A stretch of 64,000 bases of DNA from Takakia lepidozioides. Its lineage: Eukaryota; Plantae; Bryophyta. Both the position numbers and the translations under genes were made by a program. The stretch lies in the NCBI GenBank assembly GCA_030704615.1, contig CM060732.1, forward strand, positions 76,570,001 to 76,634,000. Reading direction: 5' to 3'. Numbering within the stretch: the stretch's first letter is position 1; each line of letters begins with the position of its first letter. This document shows, piece after piece, positions 1 to 12,267 of the stretch. The notes beneath the pieces are model-generated. The model saw only the letters and a list, made by a program, of their open reading frames with translations, was not told the origin of the DNA and did not search any database.

Positions 1-395
1 CATCTTCCATTCGTTCGACACCGATTCCTCTTAAACCCTATACTCAATGCATGTCGGGTACCGCGTGGCTGAACACATTGGGGTGGCATGGGATGTCGGT
101 CTCCGCCGTCATTTCACATGTGTCTGTAAAGGCACATAACTGCTTAACAACTGTTTTATGAACTGTTTTGACAACTGTTTCTGAAAGGCTCTTTAATGGT
201 ATGTCAGCTTTAACGGTTTGGGACATACATGACGTGTTGTCCTTTGCCGACCTCGTTAGTAAAGGTGACGGACTTTTGGGTTTCGGTCTGAAATGCAAAG
301 CATGAGAAATGTAATCCCCACTATCGTTTGTAACAAGAATCCGCACAGAAGTTGTGGCTTCCGCACTTCTGCGAGGGAATTTCTCTTGCAGCAAC

Positions 396-1012
396 ATGGC
401 TTCCTCCGAAGCGGAGTTTTACTCTGTGGAGAAACCAGTACCTTTCTCGAAGGAGACCGATGACAATGGTTTTGCAATCACGGAGGAACATCTCCTAGCA
501 ACGCGTTTCGAGTTCCAGTATGGTACTGTGTGGCTGGAAAGAGAGGTTTACGATGTCGATGGGAAGTTGAAGAAGTATGCTTTCCAAAAACCGGATGAAA
601 ACACACTTATGAGTCAGTGGAGAGTTCCTCCAGGAAGATACAGAGTCCTTGGAGCTCCTCGCCGGCAGTCGATTGGTTCGTATGTGACGCCGGGAACTGC
701 TGCTTCTGTTGTTCAAGACAAGAGGAATGTGGTCGTGAAGACGGAGCCCACAACTTCCAGACAAATTGTTGAGCTCTCCGACTCCTCGGAGGAGGACGTC
801 CCGAAAATTCCTTTTCTTGCTCCTTCTCTGGTGGTCGTGGTGCCGGAATTGAAGGACCTGTGTAGTGTCATTCCTAAACTGAAGTCAATGGGAGGAATGC
901 CCGGTTTGAAGAGTGAATTGCGGGGGATTGACTGGGACACTGTCCCTGTTGAGCGTGTGCAGCACCTTCCAGAATCTTTTGATGGGGATGTCGTCTTCGA
1001 GCTGCCTCCACC
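396..1012 (+). pseudogene. 5' part of a MULE-like transposase gene, cut off by the CACTA insertion at 1013
   Basis: ORF 354..1037 (first ATG at 396) ends ...LPESFDGDVVFELPPP exactly where the CACTA TIR starts. It joins in frame to 21389 (RRGGPVSSLMHGMDKRHDGHPW) when the element and a 4-bp duplication are removed. Confidence 0.75.
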
Positions 1013-1320
1013 CACTACAAGAGATGAGCGTTTTTAGGACTACGGGTTTGGTGGAGTCATAAAAACTGCACTAGGTACATGACTACAGAGCGCTGAAATG
1101 CATTACAGTTTTAGTTTTATGACTTTGTAGTAATGGATATCACTACATGACTCGGGAAAGTTAGGGAGCATTGGTCAAACATTGTTGACCATGATGACAG
1201 GGATGGTTTATATGACTAGTGTGATATGTTTGACTACACGTGGACGACGTTTCATGGAATCTTATGACTCCATGACTGAAGATGGTTTCAGAGCTCTATT
1301 TATACGACTACATCACTACA
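1013..1320. repeat. Left TIR and subterminal repeat field of the CACTA element
   Basis: CACTA terminus followed by many (C/T)ATGACT(AC) motifs, e.g. near 1078, 1118, 1146, 1212 and 1263-1277. Confidence 0.85.
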
Positions 1321-2099
1321 CGTGTCATTTTGAAGGCACATATAATGCAAATAAGGTTGCCCATTAGGTTTAAAAAAGTTAAATTTTTTGCTAATAAGGT
1401 TGCCCATTAGTGTAATCGTGAACAGAAAGGAGGGCTGGGACTTGGCGTCTTTTTGTCTCCTGCGCCACACCACATAGCTGAGAGATGGAACGCGATGATA
1501 GCAAGATATGCAGGGGCATGAGATGGAGGCGTTGAGCAAATGATGCACGAAGGAGGAGAGGAGGAGGAGACGAGACAAGATGAGGACAAGCGAGCTCGCC
1601 GTTCTTGGGACAGTCAGCTTGGTCTTAGCAAGCGTGTTTCAATCTCTGACTACTCATCTACGCCGTAGGTCAAATCCTCCATGGGTCAGGACAAGTCAAG
1701 GACAATGTGGTAGGGCACCTTCTTCTTCAACCTATTTCAGGCTGTGTTGCCCTCTCATCAGACTCGGCCGCAAGATGCATATTGAATTCTGTAAGTTAGG
1801 TCGTTGGGTACATCTGTGGTGGTTTGGAGTGACTTTGGCAAGTTACTGCCAGTGTGGCAGCAGGGAAGTATCCAAAAACATATAATAGAGGTGAGGAGAA
1901 GCGGTGGGGTGAACACTTTCCGACCCCAATGGTGGGACAATGGAGACAAAAAGGCGAATGCCTGTTGGACTACAGAGAGAAGCAGATGCATTTCAGATTG
2001 TGATAAGTAGGGTTGGGGTGTTTTGGGGAAGAACTCCACACCAGTATGGTTGGGGTGTTTGCTGGTAGAATTGTAGGCTGTCAGAGGCATGGATAGCTG

Positions 2100-3480
2100 A
2101 AGGAGCAGGGATAGAGTGTGGGTCCACATTCATCCAAGAGGGCTGGATTTCAAGCTCCACATTACCTATGATTCCATGTGGAAGGATAGGTACAAGAAAC
2201 CTACATTGGTAGATGGTCAACTGGAAGCGACATGCTGTACTATATGTCATTACTGTACTATATGTCATTCCAGAGACTGTCATTGTTGGTCCATGTGTTT
2301 TACAACAATGCTATCAATATAAGACTCCTGGTTCGCATTGGAAGCTCAATCCCTGCAAGTTCATTGTGTGTGAAGCTCAAACTTGCGATTTGAAGGATCT
2401 TGTAGCCAAGTTCATTCAACCGGAAAGGAGAAATTATGAAAGCTCCCAAATTTGATGTGGGCAAGCTTATGGAGGTAAGACTTAGCTTCCCTCCTCTAAT
2501 GTAAGTGTTGGATAAGTTTCATTTAGTGTCGACCTTCACTGCATATATTGGCTCTTTTCTTGGCTGGTTTCATATTTTCTTGGCTGGTATGCTGTTGGTT
2601 GGCTTCTTTCATTTCACGTGTGTAGTGGAAGGGGAGAAGTACTTTCCTAAGTTCTGCTGCAACAATGTCTTTTTCCAGCCTAGATGTTTTCGATGGATAC
2701 AAATTGAAGTGTTTTGAATGCTGCTGCAATACTATAATAAAGTGGAGGGTGCTGAATGCAGTTGGCCTTGCTTCATGCAGGCATAAATCCAGGGAAATGT
2801 GGACATAGCTGAAACCCCATGATAGCATTTCCAGAGGACGGTGTGGATGGCCTCACAATCCAGCATGCAAAATCCATGACAATGTGGAGCTGGCTGAATG
2901 GGCAAACAGGTTAAGTGGCGAACAAGCCACGTCACTAGTACATAGTTGCATGCTTACATAGTACATGAAAGCGTATTATATGTCATTCCCGAAATTGACC
3001 ATGTTGGTCCATGTATTTTACAACAATGCTATCAATAAAAGACCAATGGTTCACATTGAAAACTCTATCCCCATAAGTGGCTTGTGCGTGATGCTCAAAC
3101 TTGTGATTTGAAGGATCTTATACCCCAGTTCATTGCAGAGGTCATTGGAAAAGACATTGAGAAGGCAACAACCGTTATCTATAATCTACAGATCCCCTTC
3201 AATTTCATGTGGGAAAGCCGGCTGGCTGGAGGTCTAGTCTCACTTTCACTCATCTAATGTCAGTGTTGTATCCATTGCAATGTGGAGATGTTTGAAACAA
3301 CATTGGAGCATTTCCAGAGGATGGTCTGGATGGCCTTTCGTGGCGTGTGCCGAATCCATGGCAAGAAAACATTGCAGGTAGAACCCATGGCAATGGTACC
3401 AGCACGGGTTGGTCCAAAGTCAATTGCAACAACAAATGAATAAAGGGTGCTGAAAGGAAAGCACTCCATAATTGATCATA
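2100..3480 (-). pseudogene. Decayed CACTA cargo ORF with a tandemly duplicated domain of unknown function
   Basis: 2240-2420 resembles 2970-3135, and 2785-2880 resembles 3270-3365. On the - strand the copies read NELGYKILQI(A/T)SLS(F/I)TH and AI(H/Q)T(V/I)LWKC. Differences in the first block are mostly at synonymous third positions. Stops are present. Confidence 0.5.
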
Positions 3481-3585
3481 AAATCCAGTGTCCAAGCATG
3501 ATATCTTAATGGGAATGCGAAGGGAGTGTTACCACCTTAAACTATCATGCATGGTCTATAACTGGAGTGCACAAATCTAGCATAT

Positions 3586-6500
3586 CTAATCTTCATCATC
3601 CTCATCTATGTCTGGGTCACTACATGTATCATTGTCTTCATCACAGACTTCATCTTCTCCAAGGGTTGGCTGAACATCATCACCACGTATACGGGGTGCT
3701 CGGAGGTACAAGGAGGCCACCTGCTCTGGAGTAACCGGTACCGCTCGGCTGCATGTTGGGCCATCAGTAACCACAGTCTCCTCTAGTCTTTGTGGGGCTA
3801 ACAATCCTTCCACTTCCGCCACATCATCATTATCAATTGATATGTCGCAGACCACTCTACGTGCTCGGGGGCTCTTCTCCGGGACGACTTTCCACCCCGG
3901 CTCCTTCACACAATCAGAAAAAAACACTTGATCAACCTGGCCAGGAAACACAAAAGGTTGCTCAGAAGATGGAAGCATACGGTTAAAATTGACAAGTGTG
4001 AAGCCAGCATCATCCTGCTTCATTGACATAGGTTGACGACCCACGCGACTCGCCCGTACCCACAAACACAAAAACACTATAGTCTATGTTTGGCCATAGT
4101 CAATTTGCAAAATCTCCCTTATAAGACCCACATATCTTGTAGGTTCCTCCATGTCATTGCCTGAATTGTTGGTAATGGGTTGGTGCTGGAAAACAGATGA
4201 GACTCCACAATCAAAAGACACCATACTTGTTGTGTTCATGCCGGGGGATGTAACCCTGTAATGGTTACCATACGCTGTCATACTCTTGAATGTCAGGGCA
4301 GTAAATGATGGAGGCCTTGAAAGATCCAGTAATTCCTCACGTGTTGTAGGATCAAGCCCATTTGATTGAATTGAGAGATGATCCCGTACACCTTGAGGGA
4401 GCCAAACAGCAAATGGAGGACAAGGATGCAAATTAGGAGGGTACTGAATTGTCGTGGGATTGCTCATGCCTTCCAGCCCTTGCTCCTCACGAAACAAGCG
4501 TCGTCTGGCTTCTATCCGTGTGGACTCTGCTTCATATATCCTATCACAATCCGAGGGTCAGCCAGGAGATTGACAGAGGTGGCATGGGAGACTTGAAAAG
4601 ACGCCATATGCCAACTAATGATAAATGACTAAAACTTGGAAATCTGAATGTCAATGAAGTAGATTTCTTACCCCAACATGACTGATAGACGAGGATGGTT
4701 CTGAATGATGTACTCATGTACAATATCATACAGGTCATTCAATTTTCGGGCTTTAGAACTTCCTTCCACAACTTCACGTTCCACAGATTCTGCCTCATCT
4801 GCATCCCACACCCTTCGTACACTTCCATCAAATCCTGCCATATACTCTGTGCAAAAACCCAATGCTTCTTCAAATTGGTATCCTTCTGCCATGCTCCCCT
4901 CGGGCCTTGCCATGTTTCTTACGTAGCCCTTCATATCTTTCATTGCCCGCTCCATGGGGTACATCCAACGAGATGCTACGGGCCCGCATAAGTACAACTC
5001 ATCCACTAGGTGAACAACCAGATGTGTCATCACATCAAAAAATGATGGTGGGAACTCCTTCTCTATAAGACACAGAGTGAGAACTGCTTCAGTTCTCAAT
5101 TCCTCATACTCTACAGGATTCACCACTTTTGCACACAACTTCTTAAATACACGACATACTCGCAAAATGGCCCTTCGAGGACCACTTGGCATGAGCCCAC
5201 GGATAGCAAGCGGTATAATTTGCTGCATGAGCACATGATAGTCATGTGATTTCATGCCTGACAACTTCTTCTTCACCACATGCTTTTTGAAAGCTGATGC
5301 GTAGCCTGTTGGCACTTTCAAGTTCTGCACAATCTCCAGAAAGACTTGTAACTCAGCCTCAGTGAGGACATAAGGGGCAGGAGGCATAATTAACGTATCT
5401 GCTCTGTCAGGATCACGTTGTAGCCACAATTCCAGCGCATCCCAAGTAGCTCCAAATCACGGCGAACTTTCAATGTGTCCTTCTCACCAAAGATAGTTTT
5501 AATAATATTTTCAGCCAAGTTCTTCTCGCAATGCATTGCGTCAAACGTGTGGCGGATGAGGAGACCCTACAAAATGAACACATAAGCAATTGAGCATTAA
5601 CTCATCACAATTTAAACAGAAAACGCAAAAATGTACACAGCCAATTTAAAGGCCATGAAGGAATTACCTCCCAATAAGGTAAGACATATAAAATTGACAA
5701 TCGCTTAACTCCATGAGTTTTTGCTGGGTCTGTCCTGCTATCTGGCGTCCCTCCGTTTTCCACCCATGCAGTGCGAGCTGTTGCAAGCTCCTTGATTTGT
5801 GTTCCAGTCTGCGTTTTTGGAGGAGTTCCATGCTCAGTAGCGCCATTGAACATTCTTGACCTTCTATATGGATGATTGCGGGCCAAAAATCTTCGGTGGC
5901 CTAGGAAAACAATTTTTCCACATGTGTGTAACTGCTGTGAAGTCACCCCGGGTCCACAAGCTGGACAACCAGCATAACCTTTCGTCACTTGACCTGAGAG
6001 CAAGCCATATGCAGGGTAGTCATGGATTGACCACATCAACACTGCCCTCAGTGTGAATTCGCGTTGACCACGAGGACGGGAAACATCATGAGCTGCAATC
6101 CCTCTCCATAGTTCCAATAGCTCTTCCACTAGGGGCATCAGGTAAACATCTACGTTGTCCGAGGTAACAGACTCCTTACCAGGAATCAGTAGCGCTAACA
6201 TGACAAAGAACTTTTTGGTCATTAACCACGGAGGCAGATTGTAATTGACCAAGAGAACAGGCCATGTGCTCCAACTTGTGGATTGAGCTCCGTAGGGATT
6301 TACACCGTCTAAGGCCAATCCAAATCGCAGAGATCGTGGCTCTGCAGCAAAATCCGCAAATGTGGTGTCAATGTGTCTCCATGCTTTGCTATCAGCTGGA
6401 TGTCGAACCAACCCATCCTGGCTCTTATGTCTGTCGTGCCATGTCATGAGGTTAGCGATCGATTTACAACGGTACATACGTTTCAACCTTGGAATGACAG

Positions 6501-7615
6501 GGAAGTGTCGCAATACTTTCTTGGGCACACTTCCACGACCTGGAATGTAACGGGAACTGCGGCACACTGGGCAAATGTCTACATTCTCATACTCCCCACG
6601 GAAGAGTACACAACCACGCTCACAGGCATGAATCATCGTGTACTGCAATCCCATCTTGGCAATCATGGTTTTTGCTTCATAGTGAGTTTTCGGCAATGAA
6701 TTCTCTCTAGGCAAAAAACTCTTACGCAACAATCCCAGAAGCTCATCCACAAATGCATTGGTGCACTTGTGGGTAGTGCATGCGTTCAGCAACGTCAAAG
6801 TTGCTTGCAGCCGGCTGATGGAGCACCCTTCAAAAAGTGGACATTGCGACGCTCGGAAGAGTTTATCATACTCGGGATCAACGTGCAGGTGAGCATTCTC
6901 ATCAAATTCATTGTCTCCGGAATCGTCGAGATCATCGTCATGATCGGCAAATGTGTGATCGGTTCCACCATGAATGGGGTCCTCTCTGTTTGCATCTGCA
7001 AAGAGAAACGCTTCCTGCAATGCACGCTGCATTTCTACCTCCAATCCACCACTCTCATCTGCGTTCTCTGTGACATTGGGCTCCCGCTGTGCCGCAGGGC
7101 CTTCGTCTTCATCATCTGAATATTCACATCCCTGCATCCCAATAGTCATATTGTGAGTGGACCAACAACGATGTGACACTTGTTCATATTATGAACATAT
7201 ATGACTACATGACTACACATGACCAATGAAAACACGACATGTGCATTAATTAAAGTGATAACGGAAGTGGCGTAGTCATACTCACGTCTGTATCTTATGA
7301 CTTCTTGACTACAATCACCCAACGAAATGTCGACATGTGGAGAAGAGGATCATTGCATTCAAAATTCAAACTAAAGTGCTGAAGGGAAAGTGACGATCTT
7401 ACCGGAAGAGAACAGCGTTGGAGAAGAGGATCCCTCCCGTGTATCATGTAATGATTCCTCACTGTTTCCAACAAGAGTACTTTTCCTCCATGACACTCAT
7501 CGCAGTTGCATAGCATTTTTGTATGCCCATTCCTTGTGGCATAAGCTTCTTCCATTCGCCATAGACGGTCATCTATTCTACGCCTACGCATCCGTTCGCC
7601 ACCTGCACTGTACAT
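3586..7615 (-). pseudogene. CACTA TnpD/Tnp2-family transposase (transposase-associated Zn domain, Transposase_21, DUF4218- and DUF4216-like parts), multi-exon, disrupted
   Basis: MLCNCDECHGGKVLLLETVRNHYMIHG (7295..7615); HPADSKAWRHID...LRFGLALDGVNPYG...TWPVLLVNYNLPPW (5605..7179); RHTFDAMHCEKN exon (~5520-5565); GMKSHDYHVLMQQ...FFDVMTHLVVHL...GPVASRWMYPMER (4668..5429); DDAGFTLVNFN...PFVFPGQVDQVFF (3586..4077). In-frame stop at 4084-4086 and a frame break near 5430. Confidence 0.92.
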
Positions 7616-8052
7616 GCTTTGAACGTCACCCCTTCCCTCTTTGCATGCTACGCACAGTGCATTGTCTCTAGTTTTGCACCAGCTGCCAATGTGCTATTTC
7701 TATATCTATAGTATACTATAAGTATCGTTTCTGAGTGTCCATAGTGAAGCGGAAGGTCTTCGAAGTGACAGTCCCTCTCACTGAGTACGAGAAGTTCCGA
7801 GAGCGCCGGATTGCTGCCATAAAGGAGGTGGAAGCAACGTTCAAGCAGTCGATAGATGGGTGAGTTTAGTTCCTGACTTTGGATACCCACCCACTAAACT
7901 TGCGATTTGCCTTATCCTCTAACCTTCCTACAACGATCATAAGCTTCATAGCACAAATGGGGGCGAGTAGCTGCGACTTGTACAAACAAAGAGGCAAACA
8001 ACATGCAGTGAGTGACGATTAGGTTTGAGGAGGGTGTGTCATTAGGCGGGAG

Positions 8053-11000
8053 ATGTCCGCCGTCATTCGTGGGCAACATTACACGTCCTGGTAGGGTGCG
8101 GCTGTGGTTCAGCGTAGGCTTAAGAGTATTAGGGTATGTATGCTTACATTTGTTTGTGATTGTTTGAGAGGGAGGTCATGGAGGTGTTTGTGCAGGCTTG
8201 CGGGAGCGAATCGCCCTCGCAAGCCACGCGCTCCGAAGGAAAAAGGTAGGGATCAAGGTCCTGCAAGGCAAAGTGCCAGACTGAAGACGATGAAGACTAC
8301 GATTTGCATGAGGGCTCTTCTGAGGACGATGAGGACGATCCACTCCTCCCACGCCAGTGCGAGGCGAGTGCGTCGTCGGCGGATGCCACGGCAAGCCGAG
8401 GAGAACATGCCCATGCTCATGTCGCAGGACAAAAACGCCCATCATCTACACTACGAACACCTTCTCCGTCTGTGAGTTATAGTTCTTCACAATGACCATG
8501 ATTCTAATTATGTATGTTTTTGGTAAAATCACGAAGAGATAGGGTATGTCTGTGACAGGGAAGTTGGACAATGCAGGGGTCAGCCAAGGCACAATCACAA
8601 ATGATTTCCACTAGACAAGTTGAAGTGCCAAAGGCATGATGTCAGGCCAATGTAGACTTCAGGTGTGTTCAAATTCTTTGCCCCATGAAACCAACGTCCT
8701 GGTACTAAGCTACAATGGCTACTTATAGAGATACTTGGGTTACTTATGCACCCAGAATATCAGTAAAACTTGGAGGGATACTTCTCATGGACCCATCAGG
8801 TTTGTCCATTTGAATTCTTGCTATGGATTTCAGGAACACCCCATACCTAAGAGGGCTCAAAAATGTACTGGGAGGACATCATTGGGGCCAATCAAATTTG
8901 GGAGATTTACTGCCCAAGATCATACTGAGTTTTGGGTAATCTTGTCTTTACAAATGATATGTGCTTCCAGTTTGTTTTGCCTGAATTCAAGGATTTGCTG
9001 CTTGCTGCCTATATGTATGTGTAATCACCCACATTGTACTGGGGGAATTTCTTTTCAGGGCAAGCACAAGCGCACTGGATCCACGATCCCTGCTGCTAGC
9101 AATGGAGATGGCGCCCACAAGAACGCAGGAGGTGGCCCTAACTCTCCCAACGTTGTGGGTTCTGTGCCACCAGTACCCCCACCTTATTATGGTATGCCTC
9201 AGTACCCACAGTCTGGCACTCAGTATGGTCAGGGTCAATATGGTGCTCCTCCATATGGGCAGTATGGCCAGTATCCTCCTCCACCATATTTGCCACCCCC
9301 TAATAGCTATGGGGGTGGCAGGCCACCGGAATATCCTCCTGCTTATGGACAGTATGGCCAGTATGGTCCTCGGCCTTCTGGCCACCAGTCCCTACTTGGC
9401 AGGATCCTGCTTTGAATTCTCCTGAGCGCACGGAGGTCTCTGAAGGAGGGGAGGGTGCCGTTTCAAAGAATGATAGAACCAATGCTTTAAGGAGGGCTAA
9501 TAGCTCAGCCAAAATTGAAGCTGCCAAGGTCAAGGAAGAGAGAATAGCTGCAGGTCTTCCTCCCACGGTGATTTTGACGAACCTCAAAGGAGCCCCGTAT
9601 GGTCAGACCCGGAATGTATGGCACGCTGCCCTTAAAGGACAGGCTTATCGCAAGCTAGATTGTTCCCTTGCCATCAACAACCAACCTGATGAAGTTGTAT
9701 ACGAAATCAGAGATCACCTGGCTAAGCTATTTTCATATACGCCGCACGAGTTAAAAGACTTCCACCTAAAACAAACAATTGGCAGAATAATGAAGAGCCA
9801 GCGTTATGAAGCACACACTGCGTGGTTGGGTGGTAAGGGGAAACCCATTACTGTATCTGACGAGGTATGGAACAAGCTTGTAAGTTACTGGCAGACAGAG
9901 GTGTTCCACAAAGTGTCGGGCAACATGAAGAAGGCAAATGGTGCAATTCTGAATCCTACCAAGACTGGCCGTGGTGGGAAGGCAATGGTGGAAGCACGCT
10001 TGGTAAGTGGCATCATCACGACTCTGTATTTTGTTCCTCATTGAATTGCTATGTGTATATAGTCAGCCCTCACATTGCTTACTGACTTGTGGCATGGGTT
10101 TGTTTGTGGCATGGATTAATTTGTAGGAAACACTATCAGGGTGCCCTCCTACATTATATGAAATTCAAGAGGGTTCAGTGTCACGGTTGTCAGCTGGGAG
10201 TGACAGGCGGGTAAGTGTGTTTTTCACGTTTGCTAGAGTGGTTGCTGCATCATAGGTTGCTAGGGTTTTTTTCACGGCTTTTGGCCTGGGTTTTCTTTCC
10301 AATGGTTGTTCATGCTAGGTTTTTTGGGTTTGATTCATACTTGGGCAAGTTTTCATGGATTGGCAGGAGGGAAGTCTCGCATATTCTACAGTAGTTGGCA
10401 GGATGGATGGCTTGGACAAACTGGTGGAATCACAAGGACGTGACATGGCAGAATTAAAATTACAGATGCAGAGTATGATTGAGTACCAGAAAGCCATTGT
10501 GACGAGATTGGGGATTAATCTACCAGGCGCAGGACCAGTGACATCTACGATGGATACGTCTGCTGTGACAGTATCAAAATGTTTGGAATCCCAATTTCAG
10601 ACGGTAACTGGTGCTCACTCTAAGCCCTTATGTCTTCCTGTCACTGATGATCTTTTGAATTTGACCGAGCAACAGCAGGATACAGGGAAGGCCAGCTGTG
10701 AGGTACACGTGGAAATTCAGCCCTTGCCACGTACAAAGGCAGTAGCAGTCCAGGGGGCAATGGTGACAGAGCGGCCGGGCACACCGGATTCTGGTATGCA
10801 GGTATGTGGGAGTTTAGATGGGGAGGAAGATGCAGACGGGGACAAAACAAACAAGCAGGTTGCTTTAATTTCTCCTGCTCACATGTTGAAGCCAAATGTC
10901 AGTTTACTTCCTGGACCAATGAGGAAGCATTTACTAATTCTGGACTTAAATGGTCTGTTATGTGAATCTTTTCATTCTGCTAATGGGCCTGCATCCCTTC

Positions 11001-12078
11001 CCAAAGGTTTTGTGGGGAAGATGTGTGGCAAGAAGATGGTAGTTTTGAGACCACGCTGTTATGACTTTTTGCAAAAGTGTTTTGAACACTTTGAGGTGGC
11101 GGTGTGGTCTTGTTGCCAAGCTCGCAACTTCTTCCCAATGGTGGACTATATTTTTGCAGCCCACACTAACTGGTTTTCCAGTGGGATGCCCTTCACTGTG
11201 ACGAGGATCCAGTCCTCCCATGCCGTAAGGGGTCTGATTCAAAGCCATTATATTTCAAGAACTTGTCTACAGTGTGGGCAGACTGGCCAGAATGGACTTA
11301 TGAGGACACTGTTCTTGTTGACGACACCCAAGAAAGGCGGCAAACAATCCTCCCTTCAGTGGGATTTTTCCAGAGCCATGGAAGGTGCAACCAGATTCAC
11401 CAACTGATGAGTATCTAACAGAGGTGTTGTGGCCTTTCTTGTGGAAGGCATCGAAAGTGCCAGTATTCCCAAGTTTTTGGAGTCTCAGCCTGTTTTCGGA
11501 CAACAACCATACAACACTGCTACTGTGAAGGTACAAACATTCTGACAGTGCTCCAGAGGCTATATTTTTGTGGGTTCATTCATTGCATTGCTTTCCTGGA
11601 TGCTTCTCCTCGGTTGCTTGATTAATGCTAGGTTTTCTTTGCAGCTTTTCATGTTGGTTTTTTTTGTTTGATTCATACTGGGATTTTGTTTCTATTCACT
11701 ATTCTTGTTTGCTCATTGCTTTCCTGGTTGATCTCTGGTCTGTGACACAGGAACTTGTGACAAACAAAGGTGATATTGTCGACAAGCCGGTACAGACGAG
11801 GGGCAAGAGTGTCGACCCGGCGAGTAGCCCCCCAAAAGAGGTCTCACCACCACTGGAGACTGCAAATGGAGTAAGTCCAGGCCGTTGTCTTGTCTGTTAT
11901 ATTTTTTCCAACCTTGGGGTTCTCTTTAACTCGCAAATGTTGAGTGTCCTAGTCGTGTGTATGTCATGGGTTTTCACATCGTGTTCTTTTTTGTGTGGAG
12001 TTGGGATCACAGTTCAGGGTGGGTGACGAGGTTCGGTTGTTGGATGTGAACTCCAAACGCAAGAAATGTGGAGTAGCA
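8053..12078 (+). pseudogene. Second CACTA gene (TnpA-like / Ptta-En/Spm Transposase_24-like), multi-exon, containing an FCP1/NIF phosphatase-like domain; interrupted by the Gypsy segment and probably resuming at ~20957
   Basis: ORF 9412..10044 (KPITVSDEVWNKLVSYWQTEVFHKVSGNMKKANG...KTGRGG) has the typical Ptta/En/Spm signature. Canonical splice sites link predicted exons at ~8053-8090, 8197-8471, 9059-10002, 10128-10210, 10367-11531, 11751-11870 and 12013-12078. Frameshifts are present. Confidence 0.7.
10921..11480 (+). pseudogene. FCP1/NIF-like (HAD superfamily, CTD phosphatase-like) domain inside the CACTA TnpA-like gene
   Basis: KHLLILDLNGLLCE...VVLRPRCYDFLQKCFEHFEVAVWSC. After a frameshift near 11175 it reads FQWDALHC...KPLYFKNLSTVW...YEDTVLVDDT, then NPPFSGIFP in another frame. 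The plant NIF-domain motifs appear in order. Confidence 0.85.
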
Positions 12079-12267
12079 GAACGTTCAATATCTGGCCCAC
12101 CTCCCTGAGCCTTGGGTACACCGCTTTGGTACAAGCATAGCCTTGAGTTTTAAAGAAACTCCCTTCTTCAAACAAATCTTTCATCTGCAATCTAGCCCTA
12201 TGCTCATCCACATGAACCTGACCTGCTGGCAATGAAAACAGTTGCTGTAGGTATAAGGGAGTAAGTT

